DNA of 64,000 nt from Octopus sinensis (taxonomy: Eukaryota), in NCBI RefSeq assembly GCF_006345805.1, contig NC_043002.1, positions 61,008,001 to 61,072,000 of the forward strand. Direction: 5' to 3'. Below are positions 38,336 through 53,177 of the stretch, one piece after another. The position numbers were made by a program, and so were the translations under genes. Every line of letters starts with the position of its first letter. Within the stretch, counting starts at the first letter, position 1. The notes under the pieces were generated by a model, which saw only the letters and a program-made list of their open reading frames with translations, was not told where the DNA came from and ran no database searches.

Positions 38336-38875
38336 TATGCAGTGGTTTTCATGGCTTCTGATCTTAACTGATTGGAAGTGTTATCATGTACATTGTTGTG
38401 TCTTGGTATAAAGAATGGGCTACAGCAAATATTCTACTCAATACCACAGATTTGCTTGTCAGTTGTTTGACCTTAACCAGTTGAGCATGGCGCTTAGTGG
38501 CTGACGATATGTGTTTCTGTGATCACGAGCAGAGTAGTGGGAGTAGCATCATAGCCGTATGTTGAAAGGAATTCTTTGGGGTTAGAATAATTCACCTCTG
38601 GAAACATGGGTGTTCACTATCTTTAAACAAACCTTATTCTCAGACCGTTTAAGCGGGATAGGCTACTCGACCTGAAGAAAATCTTAACTGATCCCCAAGG
38701 TTTAGTGCTGTTTATTTGACATGAGATCACCATGTCACGTACGTATGTTTGTGATGCATGTTTCTGGTGTACTCCTATCAGACGGGTAGTGATGATGGGC
38801 ACACTGGGCTCCTTATAGTTCTACCCCAGTGTCACTTTGATGGTACGAACTGCTCTCTCACTCAACGATAACAAT
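38336..38875 (+). mobile_element. ~560-bp non-coding interspersed repeat with AAT-like tail (copy 1)
   Basis: Homologous along its length to the reverse complement of 56418-56979. Confidence 0.8.
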
Positions 38876-38899
38876 ACTCATATAGTAATTGATTGTAGC

Positions 38900-39445
38900 A
38901 TGCTGGTGCTGAAAGTATACAAGAAAGACATGACAACTTGGGAAGAGTAATATTGCAGCTATGTCGAAAGCTAGGATTTGACCATACTGATAAATGGTAT
39001 GAACATAAACCTGGTAAAATACTAGAAATAAATAAACAAATATAAGATATTATGTAACTTTAACGCCCAGACTGAGAGAGTAATTGCAGCTAGAAGGCCT
39101 GATTTAGTAGTAGGTCACAGAGATACAATGTGCCAGATAATTGACTTTACAGTCGTACATAATGAGGGGAATAGTATGAGAGATATAGACAAACTAGTAA
39201 AGTACTAGGGCATAGCCTTTGAATTACAGAGACTATGGGAAGTGCTGGTAAAATGTATCCCTTCATTAGGTACAATCCCTAAAGATTTGGACAAATAGAC
39301 AGAGGAAAACCCAATTTTGTACAGCTCCAGAAAACAGTGTTACTAGGTACAGCTAGGACACGTAGTAGGGTTCTTGGCATCTAATGTTACTTGTAGCAGC
39401 CCAGTGTTAGGAATTATTCTTTTCTAACAGCCTAATCTGTTGAGC
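38900..39445 (+). mobile_element. R4/Dong-type 3' fragment (zinc-knuckle end + REL)
   Basis: YK.RHDN...FDHTDKWYEHKP...ERVIAARRPDLVV...CQIIDF...LQKTVLLGTART; 3' UTR matches 57053-57110 minus strand. Confidence 0.8.
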
Positions 39446-40269
39446 ATAAAGAAATAATAAGGAATTTCTTTCGATTTTGGCGCAAAGCGAACAATTTTAG
39501 CGTGTGGTAGAGGGCCGATTATAAATGAATTTTGCCGATTTGAAACTGGAGCATACACGCAGATTGTCAAATGTTTGACTTTGGGAAACAAGGCATAAAT
39601 TGGACGAAATAAATCTGTTGTTCTTGTTGGCCTCTCCCGGGACGAATTTTCGGATACACCGATATCCAGTTTTTACCATAGTAGGTGTATAAGAGACTAA
39701 CTTCTCAATTGTGTGTATATACGAAGTATGATATGTATATGTATATTTATACAAATATATATGCATGTATATGTATGTATCTATATATAAAACTACAGAA
39801 GGCTTGTGTTATAAGGTTAAAGAATATATTTAAGTCGTTATGTTAGAAAAATGTTATAAAGTTTTTTGTATAGTAACATAGTTTTGGGAGAAATAACCGG
39901 TTTCGTATTTTCTTTTCAAATTTTTCAAATTTCTTTACCTACGTCATGGCATGTCTTCGCTATGGAGTGAAGTATGGGGTTCCAGGCTGGGGAAGGTAAT
40001 CAGGGATTTCTTCCGGTATAAGGGAGATAATCGCTTTATATGTTTTTCAATAAGATGAGTTTCCTTGTTTAAAATTGTTAGAAATGGTTAAGTTTTGGCT
40101 TATATTTTGAAGAATGTTCCCTTGTTTAATCTAACTTGTGTTGGTGTTCCAATGGCATATTGATAGAATGGAAAGATTAAAAATGGTGGTAGTAGTTGCT
40201 TTGCACATTATATATATATATATATGTGTGTGTGTGTATGAAAGTATGTATGTGTATGAATTAATATGT

Positions 40270-40910
40270 ACATCTACATTCGTGCATGCAAGGCTGTGGG
40301 GTATGTAGCTTGCTTACCAACCACATGACACCGGGTTTAGTCCCACTGTGTGACAGCTTAGGCAAGTGTCTTCTACTATAGCCTCGGGCCAACCAAGACC
40401 TTGTGAGTGGATTTGGCAGACGGAAACTGAAAGAAACCCGACGAATATATATATATATAAATTAAATTAGATATAAAACCGCTTTTAGGCAAATCAAAGA
40501 ATTAAAAACATAAAAATAAAAATAATTAATATAATATACAAAATATATGAAATATAAATTTAAAAAGTTTAAATTATTTAAATCTAAAATTACAATTATT
40601 AATTTATATTTATAAATTTTTATTTTTTTAATTTTATTTATTTTTTAATTTTTATTTATTTATTTGTTTTTATTAAATATATATATATAGTACGTGTATG
40701 TGTGTTTGTGTGTTTGTGTGTGAGTGTGTGTGTGTTTGTCCCCTCACCATCACTTGACAACCGATGCTGGTGTGTTCACGTCCCCGTAACTTAGCGGTTC
40801 AGCAAAAGACACCGATAGAATAAGTACTAGGCTTACAAAGACTGGGGTCGATTTGTTCGACTAAAAGCAGTGCTCCAGCATGGCCGTAGTCAAATGACTG
40901 AAACAAATAT
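40270..40910 (+). mobile_element. SINE family X interrupted by an AT-rich insert (about 40450-40690)
   Basis: Head GGCTGTGGGGTATGTAGCTTGCTTACC...GGTTTAGTCCC, core, and tail GGGGTCGATTTGTTCGACTAAAAGCAGTGCTCCAGCATGGCCG. Confidence 0.8.
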
Positions 40911-41417
40911 TCCAACATGCATACATATATATGGTTATACATATACATACATATATATGTTATGTTTTTGTGACATTTATTTATGCATGCTAGCCACTGG
41001 TAATAGATTATTTTAATTTATTACCTATATATTTAGGATTGAGGCTATAGAGGACACAGTCTCAAATTTCTTTATTTATAGCTCGACTACATATATATTA
41101 CACTCGAAAACAAAGTTCGAATTCTTAATGGATAAAGATGTAGTTGTCTTGCGCACGTGTTTTTCGTACGCAATTGCAACTACATAATCATTCATTAATT
41201 AGCGATTCCGCTGTCGAGCGACAGGTTCCAAATTAGATTATTTGGCAATTAATATCGAAACTCGAGTTTGTGATTAGCCAATTCATACTTTGCTCAGTCT
41301 AGGGTTATAACGGCATGCCTCATGGATTCTCTTTTTCTTGGTTTGGGTTTTAACTGGTCTTTTTAGGAGTGCCGTTAATGGTCTGCCCTTTGTGTTTAAA
41401 ATATGTTATTATCCACT

Positions 41418-41453
<36 letters not shown>

Positions 41454-41459
41454 TGTATG

Positions 41460-41490
<31 letters not shown>

Positions 41491-41504
41491 GTACGTATGT
41501 ACAC

Positions 41505-41565
<61 letters not shown>

Positions 41566-41839
41566 TACACACACTGAAGATTATTCTTGATTCTGAAGAT
41601 TATTTATACACGCGAAGTTTATCACGATTGCCACTAGGCAGTTGTTTATTCTTCTCTCGAAGGGAAAATATACTTTCAATAAAGCAAGAATATATCTCGT
41701 ATGTCATTTAATATAACTTCATTCGTTTTTATAGTTCATACCTATGCCGCTGGCCAATTTGACATTTCTCTTATATTATTTTCTCCTACATATAAACGTG
41801 TATGTGTGTGTTTGCTTGTATATATATACATATATATAT

Positions 41840-41870
<31 letters not shown>

Positions 41871-41946
41871 CGCGTGTTTATGTGTGTGTATATGAAGGCG
41901 CGTGGCTCAGTGGTTAGAGCGTTGAGGATACGATCGCGTGGCTTTG

Positions 41947-41974
<28 letters not shown>

Positions 41975-41977
<3 letters not shown>

Positions 41978-42998
41978 ATAAAATCCGTTCTGTGTGTGTG
42001 TTTCTTCTAGGATCTCGGGCATCCTCCATCCGATTGCGCTCAAGTTTGATATGTAAATACGGACGGTATCAGGGCGTGTGTAAGTCTTGAAAAAATTACA
42101 AAAATCGATTCCAGGTGATAATGCAAACGATACTACGCGTCGGCAAGAAAAATGCACGAGCAGTTTGCGCTAAAAAGCCGGCTGGTGTGAAATAATGCCA
42201 CAAAACGCAGTATATTTAAGTGACCCAAAAAGTAAGATGCAAGGGAGGTATTTTTCAACCTTGGCATGAAAGAAGGAAAGACTATTTGGTTTCCCAAGAA
42301 GTTTCTTTTTTTTTTTGCCTTAACTTCGTTTACAAAACCCCCCAAATTATTGAAATAAAGGCATACTTAATTATTTTTTAATGAAAAGAAAACACTGATT
42401 GCTTTATATTCAGCAGATATGATTCAGCACTGTCCATTGGACCGGGTGGGGTGCGTTTTCCTCGCATATATATATATGTAGCTCAATATAAATTTGAGTG
42501 ATGTTTCTCTGTCAATTACATTTTTATGTTCCTTAACTCCTCCTAGAGCGTTGGTACAAGGACAACGAAACTCAAACCAGCAACTCCCCTAATCCCAGGG
42601 AATGTCCTAACCGGTTCTTATTTTTGAAGGGCCGCCTAATTGGGGCCACACTGAGCTGCCCTATTTTTTACTGCATTTGAAAACTAAATACATAGCATTG
42701 GCGACTAAATCGGAGCAATTACAATGAACTCCATATCATTAACACGCAGAGAATATCGTAAGCAGGTTCAGTTTCTGAAAGGCCGCTTAAATGGAGCCCC
42801 ACTGACACACTTATTTTTACTGCTTTTCCTTCGCTCCTACGCTTATTGATTACACTATGATCAGCAGCATAGTGTAATAACTTTCGTTACACAAGGTTAG
42901 AGGGCCGTGTAGCGGCCTGATAGTAGGTCCGAGGGCCTCAACTGTACCTGCCGCAGGAGCTAACCTGAATACTGCCCTAAGTGTGGCTTCAAGGCTAG
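41975..42998 (+). mobile_element. Possible non-autonomous Helitron-like element
   Basis: Unique ~1-kb block in a (TA)n tract, starting ATAAAATCCGTTCTGTGTGTG and ending CTAG followed by T; 5' TC and canonical subterminal hairpin not clearly seen. Confidence 0.4.
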
Positions 42999-43010
42999 TA
43001 TATATATATA

Positions 43011-43071
<61 letters not shown>

Positions 43072-43233
43072 TATATATATATATCATAATGTATATGTAT
43101 GTTAATGTATGTATGTATGTATGTATGTACGTATGTATGTATGTACGTATGTATGTATGTTTATACGTGCGTGTCCTATATGTGCGTGCGCATGTATAAA
43201 TGTATATCATAATGTATGTATATATATATATAT

Positions 43234-43291
<58 letters not shown>

Positions 43292-43294
<3 letters not shown>

Positions 43295-44959
43295 AACGTT
43301 GTGCCCTGATGTCTTAGCGGCGATAAACGAAATAAAACACAATTCAGCAGTAGGCCCCGATAGGTTCCCTGCTTGTGTCCTGAAGGTGTGTCGACACCAA
43401 CTTGCATCTCCCCTTGCTAATCTGTGGAGAAACTCACTGGATGCTGGCTATATTCCAAAAAACCTTCTGTCCCAGTCTGTTGTCCCAGTTTTCAAAAAGG
43501 GAAACAAGTCCCTTGCAGTGAATTACCGTCCGATCTCACTCACCTCTCATATCATCAAGGTATTTGAGAGGGTGGTGAGATCTCGAATAACCCAATTTCT
43601 GGAAAGCAACAGACGGCTGATCTCCAACCAACATGGGTTCCGTAATGGAAGGGACTGTCTAACGCAGCTCCTGCATCACTTTGAGGACATTTTGAGAGCT
43701 TTGGGAGAGGGCTCCAACACCGATGTCATCTACCTTGATTTCAGTAAGGCCTTCGACAGGGTCGATCACAAGATCCTATTGAAAAAACTATCCAACATTG
43801 GTGTCTCTGGAAAGTTACTGAAATGGATCAAATGTTTCCTGACAGACAGATCTCAACATGTTGTAGTTGAAGGGGTAAAATCAAGCCCAGCCAAAGTCAG
43901 TAGTGGCGTTCCGCAAGGCACTTCTTTTCATCATTTACATTAATGACATTAATGACATCATCAAGCACAGCAACATAAAAATCTTTGCAGATGACTCCAA
44001 GCTACAGAAGGTCATAAATGAGGCGAGTGACCGGACATGCCTTCAGTCAGATCTACTGGCTGTTATCCAATGGGCAGAAAAAAACAATATGCTGCTGAAC
44101 GAGGATAAATTTGAGTTAATCCACTTTGAAAAGAGGATGCCCTGAAACTCCCATACTCCCTTCCTTCAGGTGAAACCCTCGCGGCGTCCAACAACATCAG
44201 AGACTTGGGAGTATTGTGGACAACAACATAAGCTGGGCCACTCATATAAACACCAAAGTTGACATGGCCCGCAGAATGTGTTCCTGGATTCTCAGAACTT
44301 TCCAGTCGAGAGATATCCACACCATTATCCTTCTCTTCTCCACTTTTGCCCGACCCCACCTTGAAAACTGTTGTCCACTGTGGTCTCCCCACACAATACA
44401 AGGTATCATAAAAGTTGAAGCACCTCAAAGGGCAATCACAAAAAAGATAGATGGCATGACAGGCCTCGACTATTGGGGTCGACTGGAAAGGCTAAAACTC
44501 TATTCTCTCCAACGTCGTCGTGAGCGCTACATCATCTGCATGATGTGGAAAATATTCCATCAGCATTGCCCAAATGATGTTGGCATCACCTTTAAGGTAC
44601 ATCCATGGCTTGGGCCCCGTGCCATCCGCCCAAAACAAAAATCGCACTCTCATCTCATAACAACAATACGGCACAATTATTTCACCTCAATTGGCCCCGC
44701 TCTCTTTAACATTACACCAAAACACATTAAAATAGAAACTGACCCTATAGGGTTCAAGAAGTCTTTGGACAGATTCCTTCAAGAAATCCCGGATAAACCC
44801 TCTACACCCGGATACGTCTCTGTAAACAATAACTCTCTACTTGAGTGGGCCATAGTGCCCAAATTCTGACTTGAAAGACTTCGCCAGGTGGTGCTATTAA
44901 GTTAGACATGGCCTGGGCCAATAATGGCCGAAACCTATCAAAGTATCAAAGTATCAAAG
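43292..44959 (+). mobile_element. CR1-type LINE, 5'-truncated (RT to 3' end)
   Basis: NYRPISLTS, NQHGFR, YLDFSKAFDRVDH, GVPQG, FADDSKL, RDLGV, CCPLWSPH, QRRRERY; few frameshifts; (TATCAAAG)3 tail 44936-44959; TA tracts both sides. Confidence 0.9.
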
Positions 44960-44979
44960 TATATATATATATATATATA

Positions 44980-45130
44980 CTCTTTTATTCTTTTACACGT
45001 TTCAGTCATTTGACTGCAGCCATGCTGTAGTATCCCAGGACTTATTCTTTGTAAGCCTAGTACTTATTCCATTGCTATCTCTTGCCGAACCACTAAGTTA
45101 CGAGGACATAAACACGCTACCATTTGTTGT
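44980..45130 (-). mobile_element. SINE family X, 3' half
   Basis: CTCTTTTATTCTTTTACACGTTTCAGTCATTTGACTGCAGCCATGCTG...CTAAGTTACGAGGACATAAACAC. Confidence 0.75.
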
Positions 45131-45320
45131 CAAGGAAGCCCGAAAATTAATGTCGCAGAGCATGCATTAGCGATATGAGACATGCTAATATCACATGCCC
45201 GATGGAGAGAGAACGTCGAATTGCTGCCAAATGTGCTCAAGAACATAGGAGGGAGCGAGACCAAGATTAAGCTGGTCATCTTCTGAGTCATCTTTGAACT
45301 GAGGAACATATCGTCTTTGG

Positions 45321-45785
45321 GGATTTTTTCGGTTTGAATGGCAGTTTTTAACATAATTTCTAGGTAAATAAAAAAGTTTAAACTTCGTATACTGGTAGAA
45401 TGTGTTTATAAAACATCTTTTTTTCTTGGCTTTATTGAGAAAATTCTATAGTTTGTAAGATATTTGGTCTTTAATTTCTTGCATTTCGGCAATTTTAACA
45501 CAATCAATGACCGTCTATTGAGGTTAAAACATTCTGTGCCGTATGAATATGTCCTATATTCATACGGCACAGAATGCTTTTTAACTCAATAGAAGCCAGT
45601 GATTGGTTGAAATTGCAGAAAATGAGGAAATTAAAGACCAAATATCTTACAAACCATAGAAGTATCTCAATAAAACAAAGAGAAAAAGATGCTTTATAAA
45701 CACATTCTACCAGTATACGAAGTTTAAATTTTTTTAGTTAACTAGAAATTATGTTAAAAAACTGCCGTTGAAACTGAAAAGATCC
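45321..45785. repeat. ~465-bp fold-back (MITE-like palindrome)
   Basis: Arms ~230 bp meeting at CATTCTGTGCCGTATGAATAT-gtcct-ATATTCATACGGCACAGAATG. Confidence 0.9.
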
Positions 45786-45839
45786 GTCTTTGGCTTCAAG
45801 ATTTACAAGCTTTGCTAACAAGAATTGTTAAAAGTAAGT

Positions 45840-46262
45840 GTGTAAGAAGTTGCTTCCCAACCACATGGTCCCGGGTTCAGTCCCATGTGCAATGGCACCT
45901 TCTGCATGTGTCTTCTACTGTAGTCTCGGACCTTGTGAATGGATCTTCTATGTATTCTAAACCTTGTGAGTGGATCTGGTAAACGGAAACTGAAAGAAAC
46001 ATGTCGTGTATATACATATATATGTGCGTGCGTGTGCGTGTGTGTGCGTCCGAGTGCGTGTGTTTCTGTCTGTGTACGTTTGTGCATTTGTTTCAGTTTC
46101 CCCCCCCCCCACACCACTAAAGCTTCACAACCGATGATGATGTCTTTACGTCTCCGCAACTTAGCGGTTCGACAAAAGGATTGGATAGAATAAGGACCAG
46201 GCTTAAAAAAAAATATATCCTGGGGTCGGTTCGTTCGACTGAAATTCTTTAAGGCGGCACCA
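45840..46262 (+). mobile_element. SINE family X
   Basis: GCTTCCCAACCACATGGTCCCGGGTTCAGTCCC...GGAAACTGAAAGAAAC...CCTGGGGTCGGTTCGTTCGACTG. Confidence 0.75.
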
Positions 46263-46579
46263 CTGCATGACCAGTTGAAAGGTAAAGCGGCAAAGGATTG
46301 TTCCGCAGACCATGGCGATGGTCTTAGGAGGCGAAGGCCATCAGAGAAGCATGGGGGTTTGATGATCTCTTGATTGCTATTATTTTATCGACTCAATGTA
46401 AGTTTTCTTTTTTCTTTATACCGTTCACTTCTTTTGTTTTAATCATTCGATACAATGCGATATCATCTTTGGCGAATTCAAGTTATTCTACTTCGTTGAA
46501 CAAGTTGTTAAAATTTACACGTACAATTATCTTGTTACAGATGTAAAAGGCTTGTTTTTTTCATTCTGTTGTATGCACG

Positions 46580-47830
<1,251 letters not shown>

Positions 47831-47917
47831 TTTCCACGATTTACGCGTTTCATTGCATTATCACAGCCTACGAACAAATTCATTAAAAGACTACAACAAC
47901 GACAACAACAACAACAA

Positions 47918-47949
<32 letters not shown>

Positions 47950-48745
47950 CTAAGACAAACAAACAATAATGCAAACGCCCAGCATTAGCATTGCCGACAC
48001 ACGCGTCACCGCCAGCTTCGAACAACAACACTAACAACAAAACCTAAAGCAAAACAAAATTAGACAAAAACGATATCGACACCAGCAACAGAACCGATAA
48101 AAGGTTATATTAATCCGAAACAAATACACACGCGCCAGAAACATCATAAACGTACACATACAAACACACATATAAATAGATACATACACACGCATACACA
48201 CACACACAGACACACACACACCACACATATATATATATATATGTGCATACATATATATATAGTTGTATAATGGTTAATGAGGAATACATGCATTTGTCGA
48301 ACAGGTAGTAGAGGATAAATACGAGAAGAAAATTAATTACCAAATACCATGTTTCTCTGTAGTACAACAGTTCAGCGACTTCGTAATTTTTGCGCATGTT
48401 TTTAATGTTATATAACGTTAGACACTTGTTGTTGTTGACTTCTTTGAGTATTTTCTTCGTGGCATCTGTTTTTAATGGTGGCTTTTAATCTGGAAATTAT
48501 CACGAATTATTATGATATTCATGATTCTCGTATGTTAAATATATGTTCGTACATATGTGTGTATTATGTGTGCATATATATATATATTATATATATATAT
48601 ATATATTGTATATATATATATACATACATATATATACTGTATATATATATACATATATATGCATATTGTATACATACATATGCATATGTATATTGTATAT
48701 ATTGTAAACACATATAACTATACACTTATACATATTGTATGTATG

Positions 48746-48778
<33 letters not shown>

Positions 48779-48796
48779 GATGTATGTACGCATATA

Positions 48797-48854
<58 letters not shown>

Positions 48855-49309
48855 GTATATATATATATATATACATACATATATAACATAAATGTATTAT
48901 ACATATGTATGGATATATACATATATATATGTGTGTTGTCTGTGCGTATGTGTATGTATGTATGTGTGTGTATGCGTGTGTGTGTATAGAAGCATGTGCA
49001 ATTACATATGTGATGTGCATATATGTGTGTAGATACGCTGGTGCGTCTGCGCTTGTACGTGCGTTAATGGTTTCTTTTAATCTGAAAATGGTCACGAAAT
49101 TGTGCGATATTCATGATTCTCGTATGATTGATATTCTCGCATATATACACTCCTATATATACATACACACACATGCACACAGAAGCACATACACCCATAG
49201 ATTTATATATATACATACATATATACATATATACATACATATATACATACATATATATACATATATACATACATATATATATACATATACATATACATTA
49301 CATATAAAT

Positions 49310-49398
<89 letters not shown>

Positions 49399-49914
49399 TA
49401 TGTATGTATATATATACATTTATTCATCAATTTTGTCAGCATCATATATTTGGTCTCTGCTTTTATCTTTTAGCAGTAGTAATTCACTGACTTCAGACAC
49501 ACACACATACACAAACACACACGCATACACACACATGCACAAATACGCTCTCACGAACATAACCTGACACACTCACTCAGTCACTCACCCTTTCTCCGTC
49601 ATATATATATATATATATACACAGCACGCATGCCGCTCAAATACAATTGTGTAAATACTGCTAACACGCACACACACATACCGACACACAGACACAGACA
49701 CATAAATATAAATACACCTTCAGAAATACACACACACACACGAACACAATTACATGGAAACCCACACGCACACATACAAACACACATACGCACACACTCA
49801 CACATATAAACATTGGTGTACTTGCTCATATTAGACATCGTTTGAAACTACTACTACAACTCCTCCTCCTCCTCCTCCTCCTCCTCCTACTACTACTACT
49901 ACTACTACTACTAC

Positions 49915-49958
<44 letters not shown>

Positions 49959-50316
49959 TATTATTATTATTATTATTATTATTCCGTTCGTGTTTGATTT
50001 AGTTACCTTGTTTGTTGTTCTTGCCTTCATTGTTCTTATGTTTTTCCATCTCTTCTATATGAATCACACGAAATTCTTCGAAATCATTGTCATTAACCAT
50101 TTTAATTGTTTGTAATGAATCATGTTGTTTTCGCCATTTACTCACCTACATCATCTCTCATCTTTATACACCATCTCTTCTTCTTCTTCTTCTTCTTCTT
50201 CTTCTTCTTCTTCTTCTTCTCTTCTTCTCTTCTTCTTCTTTTTCTCATCTTTTTCTTCATCTTTTTTTCTTCTTCTTCTTCTTCTTCTTCTCTTTTCTTC
50301 TTCTTCTTCTTCTTCT

Positions 50317-50349
<33 letters not shown>

Positions 50350-51727
50350 AGTCTTCTTCCGCTTGATTCATGCTTACTGGTTGTAAGTATCATATATTTT
50401 AAAACCAATAGCCGATCCTTAGGTAATTTTAGTGGGGTCGCGTTGTGATCTTTGCACAAACTTTTCTTTTTACCTTAGAAAAGCGTCTGTCGTTGTTACA
50501 GGTAAACATCTGTAAAGAGTCTCGGCGCAGTAGAAGATATCTTGACAAATACTCAAAACCGACAGAAATCATGGACAAATGCAGGCCTCTGACCTGTCAG
50601 CCTTTTCACTTATATCATCCATGAGAGAGAGAGAGAGTATAGACACCTCATATAGCATAAATATTGTATTAAAATTATATACGTGTATATGAAAGTTAAT
50701 GTGTGTGTGTGTGTGTGTAAGAGAGGGAAAGAGCGAGTGAGTGTTACTTACACGTACATGCAAAATAAATTCATACACCACAACATACACCTTCACTCAC
50801 TCACTCACTCACTCACTCACTCACTCACTCACTCATTCACTCACTCACTCTTTCTCTCTCCCTCACAACCAAACGTCCATTTCATATACACGTACATCTT
50901 TCACTTTCTATCACTTTAAAGCAAATGTTGCATTTTCACTTTATCCACTCTTTCAATTCTGCTCTCTTCAGAATTAGGGAAAGTAACGAACAATCATATG
51001 ATCCCATATAAGCCGAGTTGACAACTTTGCTTCTTCAAACGAAAGAACACCACCAGACAGCTTCCTTTGATACACACATACACATGGACACACGTACACA
51101 CATTCAAGGTAAAACTTCTGTGCGAATTTTGTTACTTTTTGCAGTGTGTACACGCAAATATAAAGCTCAAATCCAATTGAAATGATATTTTTCTACTGTG
51201 TAATTTGTGCTTGGGATGAGCCTATTTAAATACGTGATCTTCGATATTAACTTGAAATGAAGTTTTCCCAGAAATCTTTCCCTTTACCTGTGCTTTCTAG
51301 CATGTCCGAAATGTGCCCTGGAATTTGAGACAATCCTAACTCATACAAAAATTCTGTGGAATGGACAAGATGGGTATCATTCCAATATATATTAGGTGCC
51401 ACTCAGTGGGTTCGAAGCTGGGACTACTAAGTTGCGAAAGAAAGTTCTTAAAATTTCGCTCATATTGCGTCCACATAATCGCACGCACACACATACATAT
51501 ATAAGCATTGACATATATTCGTATACATATAGACATATATATGATATATCCCTCTGTATGTATGTACATACGTTTATGTGTGCATGGCTACATAACTGCA
51601 TTTGTGCGTATATGTACATCTGGACATCTCTCTCCATATATACATATACACATATGTATATGTGTGTGTATATATATATATATGTATATATATATGTATA
51701 TGTACATATATATACATTTACATACAT

Positions 51728-51783
<56 letters not shown>

Positions 51784-51861
51784 AACTATACATATACATA
51801 TACATACATACATACATTATACATACATATATATATTTATTTATTCATTTATATATATAAA

Positions 51862-52858
51862 ACATCCTATCAACAATTAGTTGTCGCAGCGTTCAACTGT
51901 CTACAATCCGTCGCTGCATCAGTGAATTATAAAAGAAAGTTAACCGCCGTTATTTCTTATATTTTTTCCAGCTTTGCAATAGTAAGAAAGCATTCGCGCC
52001 AAATCAACGCCAAATGTTCAGTTTCGAGTCATTTTCTACGGAGACATTGTAAGTATTCACTGAATTGAAACCCCTGAAACCTATGCTTATATAAACATTA
52101 GACATTACTTCAAGTTCATCCGGTTACTTATTATACATAAGTGGTATTAAATTGGTATATAACGTTATTTAGATTCATTGCATCAATGATGTTGAACGGA
52201 GATTTGAAAACCAAAATAAATTGGTTTTAATAAAACGCAGTTATGATTATTAGTTTATATATATTTTTTGTGGATAACATTTCGAGCGCAAAGTGTCCTT
52301 TTCAACAATTGCAGCAAAGTAAAGACTTTGAGGAGACAGAGAAAAAAGTTGTAGTAGTTTCTTTTATAAGTCATCGTTAAATCAACATATTTGAGGTGAA
52401 GGCGCACAGCCGACTGGCTGGGTTTAAACGTTAGATCACGTTTCGATCCTGGAGCGGGTGATGTGTTGTGTTCTTGAATAAAAGCACTTCACTTTATATT
52501 AGCTTGAAATGAATAAGTATTCGATGTACCGGCATCCTGTTCAGAGGTTAGGTTGTGAACGCGGTCTCTTATACGCTATTGAAACATGTTAATGGACCCT
52601 ATGTGCCCTGGAATTTGAAACAGTGCTTACTCTAACAAGTGAAGGTGTTTTGATACACGATTATGCGTTCCTCACCTCAAAATGTGTAGCTTTGTAGACA
52701 TGTGGATATCAAAATTATATTCTACGCGCTTTCTTACTATTTCAAAGCTGGAAAAAATTTAAGAAATAACGGCGGTTTACTTTCTTTTATATAATTCCTG
52801 ATGCAGCGACGGATTGTAGACTGTTGAACGCTGCGACAACTGATTGTCGATAGGGTGT
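51862..52858. mobile_element. MITE-like element with ~130-bp terminal inverted repeats in TA context
   Basis: ACATCCTATCAACAATTAGTTGTCGCAGCGTTCAAC...ATAGTAAGAAAG (51862-51992) versus CTTTCTTACTAT...GTTGAACGCTGCGACAACTGATTGTCGATAGGGTGT (52727-52858); no ORF. Confidence 0.75.
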
Positions 52859-52908
52859 TATATATATATTCACATATATATTATATATATATATATATTA
52901 TATATATA

Positions 52909-52954
<46 letters not shown>

Positions 52955-52969
52955 AGCACACATATATAT

Positions 52970-53037
<68 letters not shown>

Positions 53038-53132
53038 ATGTTATATATATATTATATTATATATATATATATATGTATTATATATATATATATATATATA
53101 TATAATGTATATATATATAATATTGTATTATA

Positions 53133-53177
<45 letters not shown>

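Noticed and set aside
39790-40200. Possible PLE endonuclease C-terminal relic (minus strand)
   Set aside because: Too degenerate to support a call by eye.
44905-44940. GGCC...GGCCGAAAC resembling half a hammerhead
   Set aside because: No upstream CUGANGA; more simply the CR1 3' UTR stem-loop.
47885-47953. CAA/CAG repeat suggesting a polyglutamine exon
   Set aside because: No coding context or splice signals; lies among microsatellites.
50474-50509. Candidate 36-nt micro-exon on the minus strand (tttacag|ATG...AAG|gtaaaa)
   Set aside because: Such splice pairs arise by chance in 64 kb and no neighbouring exons were identified; only junction reads could support it.
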